Virus record (IMG/VR): IMGVR_UViG_3300010885_036069
Location: 1-64,000 of that record
DNA length: 64,000 nucleotides
From: a virus
Reading direction: 5' to 3' (one strand)
Positions 19,257 to 27,221 of the stretch are shown one piece after another. A program made the translations under genes and the position numbers. Under the pieces are notes generated by a model. That model saw only the letters and a list, made by a program, of their open reading frames with translations. It was not told the DNA's origin and made no database searches. Every line of letters begins with the position of its first letter. The first letter of the stretch is position 1.

Positions 19257-19592
19257 TCAGCGAAGATGCTGTTCAGCACTAAATATTGCCTCATCGAGGG
19301 TGTGGCAAATGGAATCAAGGTGTTCGCCATCCTCGGTGTAAAGGTCAAACCAGGCATTGAGACGCCAAGCGAGTAGATCCTCGTCGTCTGGGATTCCGTA
19401 GGGGAATGTTTCACGAAACTCTTCAGGAGTCCGTACCACATTCACCGTTCCAAAAATACCCTTACGGTCGAAGTAGAGAAGCGCTTCACCGTCACGATGG
19501 ATTTCTACGGTCTTGCCGGCCCCTTCAAACGTGAGAACGACACCGTTGTCATAAAACTCGGGTTCCTGGTGCTGGAAGATTGTTTCTATCAT
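19257..19592 (-). CDS. Hypothetical early protein
   Basis: AGAAAGG SD; preceded by a coupled 44-aa ORF at 19589-19723. Confidence 0.7.
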   Translation of the reverse strand: MIETIFQHQEPEFYDNGVVLTFEGAGKTVEIHRDGEALLYFDRKGIFGTVNVVRTPEEFRETFPYGIPDDEDLLAWRLNAWFDLYTEDGEHLDSICHTLDEAIFSAEQHLR

Positions 19593-19883
19593 CTGTTGCC
19601 TTTCTGTTTCACCGTTACATGAGCTTCGGCAAGGGTTAGTGCTGCCTCGGCATAGAGTCGGGCAGCTCGGTCAAGGTGGGCCAATCGAATGAATCGGTGG
19701 CTGAGATTGAGGAGAATCCTCATGGTTACGCCTTTCTGTAGGGTGCTGTATCAGTATAACGCACGAAAGAGACAGAGTGTGCTGCATCTTTTCAATCCCA
19801 GCCAGGTGTCCCGCTGGGGTCGAGGGACGGCGGGACTACTGGGGACGCTGATCCCGAGGATTTCTCCCCGGGACCTGATTGAC

Positions 19884-20249
19884 TCACTCCTCCCCACACT
19901 TGTCGGCGTCAGCGAGGGCGGCCTTGTGGGTCCATTGCCGGCGGCGAAGGCGGGCATAGTCGCTGATGATTACCTCAGCGTCGCCGCACTCAATGCACTC
20001 CTCGTGGGTGGCACCGGAATAGAGCGCCTCAACATAACCGCCGAGGTCACCGACCGATTCGAAGGCCTCTAGGACCTGATCGTGAGCGGCACCGTGGTTG
20101 ATTGCGTCGGCATAGGCGCCGATGGTGTCGCAGATGTACGGAGCGAGCTTGTAGACCTGTTCGATTTGCTCAGGTGAAGCTCCGGCGGCAATAGCGATTG
20201 CGTACTGCTCTGGCTCTGCTTCAGCAGGGGCCGGTGGGGTCGGGTACAT
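19884..20249 (-). CDS. Helical repeat protein (~25-aa repeats)
   Basis: YAIAIAAGASPEQI / YADAINHGAAHDQV / YVEALYSGATHEEC / YARLRRRQWTHKAA. Confidence 0.7.
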   Translation of the reverse strand: MYPTPPAPAEAEPEQYAIAIAAGASPEQIEQVYKLAPYICDTIGAYADAINHGAAHDQVLEAFESVGDLGGYVEALYSGATHEECIECGDAEVIISDYARLRRRQWTHKAALADADKCGEE

Positions 20250-20389
20250 GAAATCATCCTTTCTCTGAAGGTATTTCCTTCAGTATCAGTATAACGCACG
20301 GAGCAATCCAGAATGTGCGCGCACACTTCGCAGCTCTGCGTGCGTTATACCTATACAAGCGAGGAAGTGCCTCGCCAAGAAAGGCAAAC

Positions 20390-20668
20390 ATGAGCTTCGT
20401 ATCGGACGCTATGTCCCCTGAGGAGGTCGCTAAGCGACAGTCGAATCAGGGCCTCGTGATTGACGAGTCGTGGTCAGACCCGACCTACGGCACGACAGTC
20501 CGCAAGTATGTGCGCTACACCAACGGGTGGACCTACACCTTTGAGAAGCGCATCCTCCCCGACTACACGCGTTGGGCATGGAATGTCGCAGGACCTGATG
20601 GCTACTTCTTTGACGAGGCTGATTCTGAGGATGACGCCATCGCCATGATTTGGGCGCAGAGTCGCTGA
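20390..20668 (+). CDS. Hypothetical early protein
   Basis: Plus-facing class A module. Confidence 0.7.
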   Translation: MSFVSDAMSPEEVAKRQSNQGLVIDESWSDPTYGTTVRKYVRYTNGWTYTFEKRILPDYTRWAWNVAGPDGYFFDEADSEDDAIAMIWAQSR

Positions 20669-20841
20669 CCACGGTCAATCAGGTCCCGAGTGAACCGCCC
20701 ACTCGGGACCTGATGCGCGTCCGGGTCTGGGCGAGTAGCCCCGCTGGAAATAAGTGCGGCGGGACTGCTGGGGTCAATCGACTAGGGCCAGGCGCGCGTG
20801 CTGGGGCGCGAAAAAGGGGAGGGTTTCCCCTCCCCTCTCGG

Positions 20842-21180
20842 TCAGACTGCGGTGTAAAGAGCGTTCCACTCGTCAAAGCAGATTGGACCATCGTCGTTTC
20901 CTGACGATACCCAAATCTCCTTGCCATCACGGTCAAGTGATGCCGACCAATGAAGTATGTATTCGGCAGGTTCTGAGAGCGATCCCGCAAAGGTTTCGGT
21001 CGCTTCACCGTTCAGGTAAAGGATAAGACCCTTTGTCCATTCAGGGGCAACCTCAACCTCAAACTGTTCGCAGTAGGCCTCGGGAATGTCAATGGCATGA
21101 CTGAAATCGTCGTAACAGTCGCAGGCATCATCAACAAGTTTCTCAATGAAATCGGCGGGCTTCTCTAGCGTTGTTTCCAT
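20842..21180 (-). CDS. Hypothetical acidic early protein
   Basis: AGGAGG SD, class A and B promoters. Confidence 0.7.
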   Translation of the reverse strand: METTLEKPADFIEKLVDDACDCYDDFSHAIDIPEAYCEQFEVEVAPEWTKGLILYLNGEATETFAGSLSEPAEYILHWSASLDRDGKEIWVSSGNDDGPICFDEWNALYTAV

Positions 21181-21440
21181 TCTTGCCTCCTAAGGCGTTG
21201 TTGTTATGTAGATCATTGTACGCAGGGGGTGTGACAGTTCCTTTCGGGCGGTCCCTGCGGTGTTACTAGTGAAACGCACCAAGTGGTCCGAAGTGTGCTG
21301 GGGATAAACCTGGGGATAACCTCGAGCTGGGGACAAACCTGTGGACAAGCTCGGGCAGCCCCGCTGGAACAAAAGGTCGACGGGACTCCCAGCGGGCCAG
21401 GCGCGAAAAAACCCCCGCCCGAAGGCGAGGGCCAATTCAC

Positions 21441-21809
21441 TCAGAAATAAACGGGGATCCGCTCAATTTCTGAAATCGGTTTCGGTGACCAATGCAGGTC
21501 ACGCTCCACCACTATCGGGCCAACGATCAGCGTCGCTAGTTCGGTCAGCGGGATGTAGCCCCACTCACCGCATCCGGCGAGAACCTCGGCCCAACCAAAC
21601 GCCTCACCGGTTTGTGGGTCAAGTTCGGTGATGTACCAATCGGCGTTGCCTGCGAAGTAGTGCAGATGCACGATCTTCTCGGCGGTCGGGATGTTCTCGG
21701 TACCGTAGAGGGGCGGGATTGCCCCTAGCACCGCTGCGGGTGCTTTGAACTTGTGGCCACGGCGACGATCTACCGTCGCGACCTCTGGGGTTTCTAGAAC
21801 TGCGGACAT
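21441..21809 (-). CDS. DUF2958-family protein
   Basis: IPPLYGTE...HYFAGNADWYITE.D...AFG...EWGYIPLTEL. Confidence 0.8.
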   Translation of the reverse strand: MSAVLETPEVATVDRRRGHKFKAPAAVLGAIPPLYGTENIPTAEKIVHLHYFAGNADWYITELDPQTGEAFGWAEVLAGCGEWGYIPLTELATLIVGPIVVERDLHWSPKPISEIERIPVYF

Positions 21810-22014
21810 TGTTACTGCCTTTCTGTCGGGGACACTTACAAAGGTATAACGCACGAGGGACCACAAAGTGTGCGCTCGTGATGGGGACGATCCCCAACAA
21901 AGACAGTATGACAGCAGGGTGTGACAGAGCTCCCCGACCCAATGTCACACCCTCGGCGTATTGTGCGTTATACATACAGAGAGGGGATGTACCCCTCGCA
22001 AGAAAGGCATCGCG

Positions 22015-22194
22015 ATGATTCGCATAGACGGAGTACTCATGTCGGAAGCGCAGTATCGGATCCTCGTGTCCGCGCTTGAGCATCAGGTTGAGGTGGACGA
22101 TTTCTTTGAGGAGGACGGTAGGGAACCGACCGACTCGGCAAAACTCCTCATCATGTTCCAAAGCATCGGGCGGGTTCAGGGGCTAGACCTCTGA
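22015..22194 (+). CDS. Hypothetical early protein
   Basis: TGTCACA-N16-CGTT promoter + hairpin + SD. Confidence 0.65.
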   Translation: MIRIDGVLMSEAQYRILVSALEHQVEVDDFFEEDGREPTDSAKLLIMFQSIGRVQGLDL

Positions 22195-22503
22195 CCTGCG
22201 CGATCGCGCATGATCCACAGGCTGGGGATAACCTGGCCTGTGGATTTCCTGTGGATAACCTGGCGAGCTGTGGATAACGCTCGACAGCCCCGCTGGGGAT
22301 AACTCCAGGCTGGGGACAAACCCGGCGGGACTGACTGGGCGAATTGATCTGGGCCAGGCGCGCGCTGGCGAGTGGTTCTGGGGGAAATTGACTGGCGATC
22401 CCAGAATCCCTGGAGTCCCGAGGTTTTTGACCTGGCTCGGCCTGGAACCTGGACTGGACCCGGGCGGGACTGTTGGTCGGGGCAGCTCATGCCACCCCAG
22501 GCC

Positions 22504-22806
22504 TCACGCTCCCTCTTCCTTGCCGGACCATTCCCGCTTCAGGAAACCTGACAGCGAGGCGTAATCATCGCTGTACTTCAGGACCATGTACGAAACGAGA
22601 ACCTGGGCCTCTTCAGCGTCACGAACCACCGTGAAGGTTTCAGGGCCACCGTCACCAATGTCGCTGGTGCGAATCACAGAAACGAAGGTTTCGTCGCTGT
22701 CAAAGGAGTCAATCACATAAATCGTGACATCATCCCAAAGGATGGCGACACCGCCTGGAACAGGGTCCACATTCGGGAATGTGGCGAACAGGACATCAGT
22801 AGACAT
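22504..22806 (-). CDS. Hypothetical early protein
   Basis: Class A module. Confidence 0.7.
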   Translation of the reverse strand: MSTDVLFATFPNVDPVPGGVAILWDDVTIYVIDSFDSDETFVSVIRTSDIGDGGPETFTVVRDAEEAQVLVSYMVLKYSDDYASLSGFLKREWSGKEEGA

Positions 22807-22969
22807 AATCGCTGCCTTTCTTCGGAAGGTCGTTCCTTCCTATGTATAAGAAACGCACGAACTCCCCAGGAATGTGCGCGCGCATTCGGGAAACCCTCAT
22901 GCACACTTCGCGTGGTTTCGTGCGTTTACCTAATACGAACGAGGAAGTGCCTCGTAAGGAAAGGTAGTC

Positions 22970-23203
22970 ATGGAACACTTCTCGGATGCCCTAACCCCCG
23001 AACAGGTCGCTGACCTGGAAATGGCAGTCTACGCAGCCACCCGCGATGCCCTAGCGCGAAACCTGAAGGAATGGGAGGCTACTGACGACGAATCAGCATG
23101 GATGGAACTACAGGTTTCTCTAGAAGCATTCGCCGTGTTCACGCCAAACCTAGATCATCACCAGCGCATCCTGTTCGCCCAAACATGGAACGCCATGAGC
23201 TGA
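22970..23203 (+). CDS. Hypothetical early protein
   Basis: Plus-facing class A module. Confidence 0.7.
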   Translation: MEHFSDALTPEQVADLEMAVYAATRDALARNLKEWEATDDESAWMELQVSLEAFAVFTPNLDHHQRILFAQTWNAMS

Positions 23204-23424
23204 GAGGAAAGGCTGACCGGGAAACCGGCAGCCCGCCTCCAGTAGCCCCGCTGGATCTGCGGACTCGGCGGACTGGAGCCTCGACGGGACTGTTGACGAA
23301 TAAAAAAAATCCCCCCAGGGTGGACTGGAGGGAATTCTTTAGGCAGCAATCAGGTGAACGATTGTCGCCAAAACTACGACCACGATGGGTAGTAGGGCGG
23401 GGATGAAAAGGTCATCCATGAAAC

Positions 23425-23673
23425 TCACTTTCCTTTCGCATAGGGGGTGTAGTGGTCAAAGCACACCGTTTGGAATAATGGACACTCGCTAGCGGGGAGA
23501 ACGACTACCCCTTGAGGTAGATCCTTTCCGCAGACACCGTTACCCATTGTGTTGCAATCCCAACAGGGCTGATCTTCTTCGCACTTCTCTGCTGCTTTGG
23601 GAGCAGTCGATTGACTACATCCGCCAATGACGAGGGCGGAAGCGAGTGCTACTGCCAAAACTATCTTCTTCAT
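23425..23673 (-). CDS. Putative lipoprotein
   Basis: Signal peptide with lipobox-like IGGC; CEEDQPCWDCNTMGNGVCG. Confidence 0.7.
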   Translation of the reverse strand: MKKIVLAVALASALVIGGCSQSTAPKAAEKCEEDQPCWDCNTMGNGVCGKDLPQGVVVLPASECPLFQTVCFDHYTPYAKGK

Positions 23674-24058
23674 AGTGTTGCCTTTCTTTCGGTTGATGAA
23701 ATCAGTATATCAGAGTGGAGTGACAGAGGCTTCGCCTTCAGGTAAATCGTGAAGCCACGCGAATCGTTTCCCGAGGGTGATGATGAACTCACGACGCCCG
23801 AGGGTGAGGATGAAATACATGTGCTGCCTTTCTCCGGCGAGACTCTCTCGCCTTCAGGAGTAAAACGCACAATGTTCGCGATGCGTGCTGTGAAACCTGG
23901 CGAGCTGGAGTAATGCTCAACAGTCCCGAGGTTGTTGACTTGGCTCCAGGGACTGGAACCTGGCGGGGCTGACTGGGAGACCTGGAAAAAATCGACAAAA
24001 GCTCAAGAAATTGCTGGAGTCGAGTCAAAATCACCTGGAGCCGGCTGAAAAGTGTTGC

Positions 24059-24271
24059 TATGGTGACGAAATGGAGCCTTTTTCTTGCTTTTTTTGCGAA
24101 TGCCCAGTCGATCCGAACGATTCTTACGTGTATCGACGAGTTACGGCCTGGGTTGAGAACAAGAAATCCAGTAGCCCCGCCCTGCTCCAGTCCCCGGCGA
24201 CTGGGTATGCGTGTCGAATCTGCATTGACATCCGGCGAAATAAGGTCGGCCAGAAGGAAAGTTTGTTCTAA
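24059..24271 (+). CDS. Small Zn-finger protein
   Basis: CFFC...YRRVTAW...ACRIC; start uncertain. Confidence 0.45.
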   Translation, partial: YGDEMEPFSCFFCECPVDPNDSYVYRRVTAWVENKKSSSPALLQSPATGYACRICIDIRRNKVGQKESLF

Positions 24272-24347
24272 CCCAGCGGGGCTGCCCGGCGATTGTCGAG
24301 GAAGCCAGGACGCGAAAAGACCCCCACCGAAGTGAGGGTCTGTCCGA

Positions 24348-24557
24348 TCAGAGGGAGGCGAACCGCTTATCGGCTTCGTACTGCGCCGCCAATTGGTTGG
24401 CTTCGTCCTCGTACCGTGCCTGAAGTTCAGCCTCAAGCACCGCTACTCGGTTTTGATACACCTCCTCTGAGGGATCCTCGCCAAGCTCGGCTACCAAGTT
24501 GGCCCAAATACCTTCAAGCCAATCGGTGTAACCGTCATCTTCATACGGGTTACGCAT
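24348..24557 (-). CDS. Hypothetical acidic protein
   Basis: Class B promoter + SD. Confidence 0.65.
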   Translation of the reverse strand: MRNPYEDDGYTDWLEGIWANLVAELGEDPSEEVYQNRVAVLEAELQARYEDEANQLAAQYEADKRFASL

Positions 24558-24637
24558 GTTCGCCTTTCCGCTATCCGGCCCTTCCGAACAGCACTGCAAC
24601 TACTCCGTCAGTATGACAGACCCTTGTGACAGGCCGA

Positions 24638-24787
24638 TCAGAACGGTTCCACAGAGGAACCGTCCTGATGATCCGGCGTGGGGAGGGGGCCGTTGGTGGC
24701 TTCCTCATGATCGCCGTAGTCCTCAGTGTGAGAACAAGCACCGGTTTGATAAAACCGACAACAAGCGGTCAGATCCCAAAGTTCCAT
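24638..24787 (-). CDS. Small hypothetical protein
   Basis: Class B promoter + SD; ACC...GACSHTE. Confidence 0.55.
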   Translation of the reverse strand: MELWDLTACCRFYQTGACSHTEDYGDHEEATNGPLPTPDHQDGSSVEPF

Positions 24788-25022
24788 GACTCCACCTTTC
24801 TCGCTGACCGGTCCGTCCGGCACAGCACTTCAACTACAAAGACAGTATGACAGACCCCTGTGACAGAGCTTCGGGAGTACGCCGAGTACGCCGAACGGCT
24901 GAGTCCGCCGAGTCCGCTCGTGTCGACTGATTCCTGGCGCTCCCCCAGTAGCCCCGCTGGGCAAACTGTGGATAACCCTGTGGAAAAGTCGGGACTGCCA
25001 GGGAATCGAGTAAAACGCCAGG

Positions 25023-25076
25023 GATCTGGAGTTTTTACCCAGATCTGGAGTTTTTTTTACCCAGATCGGGAGTTTT
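25023..25076 (+). repeat. Three tandem GATC(T/G)GGAGTTTT repeats
   Basis: gatctggagtttttacccagatctggagttttttttacccagatcgggagtttt. Confidence 0.75.
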
Positions 25077-25275
25077 GGCTGGGTCGATCCAATTCCTGGC
25101 GTCCCAGTCAGCCCCGCTGGGGTCGATGCGCCAGCCAGGGAAAACCGGGGCGGGGCTACTGGCGGAAAGCTCGAGGTGCCAGGACTGGGAATGAACTTCC
25201 GAACTCATGCACATTTCTTCGGGTTACGAGCGTTCCCTCTATGCGAAGGGAAACGCCCCAAGCAGAAAGGCATGA

Positions 25276-25488
25276 ATGTTGGTTCAGTTTGAAGATTCGG
25301 ATCGCTCCGAAAAGTTCACTCGGGAAGAACGAGTGGCGCTCATTAGCGCTTTAGCAATGGCCCGTGACACTTCCCTAGAGGCACTCGAAACCTTTCAGAA
25401 CGCAGAACTCCGGAACATGTTCGTGAAGCGCTCTCAGCGCTACGAGGAACTGCGATACAAGTTGGCATTTGATCCCGACAAGTTCTGA
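25276..25488 (+). CDS. Hypothetical early protein
   Basis: Plus-facing class A module. Confidence 0.7.
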   Translation: MLVQFEDSDRSEKFTREERVALISALAMARDTSLEALETFQNAELRNMFVKRSQRYEELRYKLAFDPDKF

Positions 25489-25498
25489 GGATCACAAA

Positions 25499-25529
25499 AG
25501 AGGGAGGGGCCGAAACCCCTCCCTCTTTC
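25499..25529. terminator. Bidirectional terminator
   Basis: AGAGGGAGGGG-CCGAAA-CCCCTCCCTCT between convergent genes. Confidence 0.75.
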
Positions 25530-25756
25530 TATTCACTAATCATCAGTTGAATTGCAATCTTGCATCCCTCGCACATTGGAAACTTTGAAGGATCACGAGT
25601 GGGGATGAACTTCTCCCCGCACAGGGCCTCGACGGTTTCACCCAGGACGTAGCCCCGCAAGTGAGATTCTTTCGGGATGATATGAGCAACTTTCCCCTCT
25701 TCGAGTCCTGGGTCGGACATCTGGGTGTCGGGACTATCGACGAGTGATGCTGTCAT
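25529..25756 (-). CDS. DUF3039-family protein
   Basis: VAHII...VEALCGEKFIPTRDPSKFPMCEGCK. Confidence 0.8.
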   Translation of the reverse strand: MTASLVDSPDTQMSDPGLEEGKVAHIIPKESHLRGYVLGETVEALCGEKFIPTRDPSKFPMCEGCKIAIQLMISE

Positions 25757-25961
25757 CGACTTCGCCCCTCTCGACTCGCTTCATCAGGCTTCTGGCGTTT
25801 TGCAACGCTCGATTGTCGGATGACGAGCCTGGAAGTACGACTCGCTGGCCATTTGCCGGCCAAATCAGCACAACGTGCCTCTTCTTGCGAATCTGCTGCC
25901 AGCCCCGCTCGGTTGCCTCGGCTAGCAATTTCTTCCAGTCTTTGGCTCCAGGGATTGACAT
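25734..25961 (-). CDS. HicA-like (dsRBD-fold) mRNA interferase-like protein
   Basis: ATERGWQQIRKKRHVVL...VVLPGSSSDNRALQNARS. Confidence 0.55.
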   Translation of the reverse strand: MSIPGAKDWKKLLAEATERGWQQIRKKRHVVLIWPANGQRVVLPGSSSDNRALQNARSLMKRVERGEVDDSITRR

Positions 25962-26455
25962 CAGAGACTCCCCGCCCACTCAATGAGTTCGTCAACATGG
26001 TGCCGCTCAAATCCAATCAATGAATCTGGAGCAACCAACTTTGTGGGTGCGCTGCGCGCGCTTGCCCATGTCTTAGCGGTAACGCTGATGTCATCATCAA
26101 GCCAAGCGAACGGGCGATCCCCGATGTAGGGGTCAATCGTTGCAATCTTGAACGAGTCAATGGCGTAGAGCTTGCGTTCGTCAATATTGTCGGGAATGTC
26201 GTGATGATCAATCACCGGATACGGACCAACTCCGAGAATCGGAGCGATGAATTCATTTGCTTTATGTGTCCACATGGTGGCCCATACAATGTCAAAGTGT
26301 TCCTCAAGTTCAGCGATCCACTTCGGATGCTGATCCATATTCATTAGAACCCAGTAACCACCGGCGTGGTATTCGGTGTATTCGGGGAGCAGGTGAGGTT
26401 CGGAGAACGCGTTTAGCACTCCGTCAACATCTAGTCCGAGTAATGGCTTATTCAT
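25961..26455 (-). CDS. HAD-superfamily phosphatase (RNA-repair-type HAD)
   Basis: LDVDGVLN, VWATMW, K, WLDDD. Confidence 0.85.
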   Translation of the reverse strand: MNKPLLGLDVDGVLNAFSEPHLLPEYTEYHAGGYWVLMNMDQHPKWIAELEEHFDIVWATMWTHKANEFIAPILGVGPYPVIDHHDIPDNIDERKLYAIDSFKIATIDPYIGDRPFAWLDDDISVTAKTWASARSAPTKLVAPDSLIGFERHHVDELIEWAGSL

Positions 26456-26630
26456 AACTTCTCGATTCTGTTAGGTAGCGCTCGCTCTGCAAGCGCAATT
26501 TGTTGGATAGGTACTCCTGAGCGTTCGGATGCTTCTTTCAGGGTGTGTAGAAACCCGTCAACTCCTCCGAGGCGCCAAATCAGTAGTTCTTTCATTGAGA
26601 GACTTAGGCAGTCTTCGCCGCTAAGTGCGC

Positions 26631-27092
26631 TCATGGCTTCACCGCCGCAACTCCGAATACTTCCTCGTAAAGGTCGCGACCTTCTTGCCAAGTTCCCCAT
26701 GCTTCGGGGTCTGCATCCCACTCGCCATCGCTACTTACTTCAATGGCTTCACCATAGACAACCTTTGCTCGGATGAGAGCAGCGGTCACTACAGCGTCGT
26801 AGGGCTTCATATTGGTCTTGCAGAAATCAAAGACGGTAGGTTTCTCAGCGCGCCATTCTGGATTTTCTGGAATGGCCCCCCAATGGAAGGTTTCATGTGC
26901 AAGTTCACCCGCACCATTGAAGGCAAAATAACCCTCAGTGAATACTGGCTCGTTTTCACCGAAGCCGTCACCGAGCGCAATGCCTTTGGATTGAGCGAAC
27001 ATGACGAGTCGCTGAACATCTAGGGCGAATCGACCGAAGGCGTCAGGTGACTCCTTCTGAGGGTCGCGGTCCCAATAATGGGTGTATCCCAT
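26631..27092 (-). CDS. MGYTHYW-type hypothetical protein
   Basis: MGYTHYW, HETF, FCKTNMKPYD, VSSDGEW. Confidence 0.8.
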   Translation of the reverse strand: MGYTHYWDRDPQKESPDAFGRFALDVQRLVMFAQSKGIALGDGFGENEPVFTEGYFAFNGAGELAHETFHWGAIPENPEWRAEKPTVFDFCKTNMKPYDAVVTAALIRAKVVYGEAIEVSSDGEWDADPEAWGTWQEGRDLYEEVFGVAAVKP

Positions 27093-27221
27093 TGTGTTAC
27101 TCCTGTCTGTAGATGGATAGATAGATAAATACTGCTAAGAAACATGATACACAGGTACAGCGGCGGACGCAAGTCCAAATCCCCGCTGGCCTCAAAACTC
27201 TGATATTGCTAGGATCTTCTC

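Larger units (their letters stand above)
13112..24867 (-). promoter_or_regulatory. 8 copies of class B promoter TGTCACA-N9-(-10 hexamer)
   Basis: Minus-strand copies near 13112, 13507, 17291, 21215, 21905, 23704, 24610, 24844; -10 = CATAAT/CACTAT/TATTCT/TACAAT/CATACT/TATACT; two copies have TGTCTCA/TGTCACT. Confidence 0.65.
9071..25234. repeat. 27 dispersed copies of class A promoter module GCACA-N16/17-CGTT (GCACA-N13/14-GTGCGTT) + 5' hairpin + SD
   Basis: Minus-facing copies start at 9071, 9645, 12544, 13069, 13466, 13556, 14080, 14356, 15829, 16131, 16785, 17345, 18143, 18775, 19758, 20293, 21273, 21848, 22852, 23864; plus-facing at 14417, 18193, 18836, 20321, 21943, 22901, 25209; nearly all point at an ATG ~35-140 nt away. 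Confidence 0.9.

Noticed and set aside
22176-22490. ORFs across spacer regions (also 21190-21440, 23789-24436, 24860-25354)
   Set aside because: No SD or promoter module; made of repeat-motif DNA or antisense to better genes
24610-24867. PhoB/MtrA box from the CTGTCACA-N5-CTGTCATA repeat
   Set aside because: Period is 13 bp rather than 11; better explained as TGTCACA plus an extended -10
9071-25234. CRISPR array or classical integron reading of the repeats
   Set aside because: Repeats are bipartite with variable middles, occur in both orientations and are separated by whole genes; no cas genes, integrase or attC RYYYAAC/GTTRRRY structure seen
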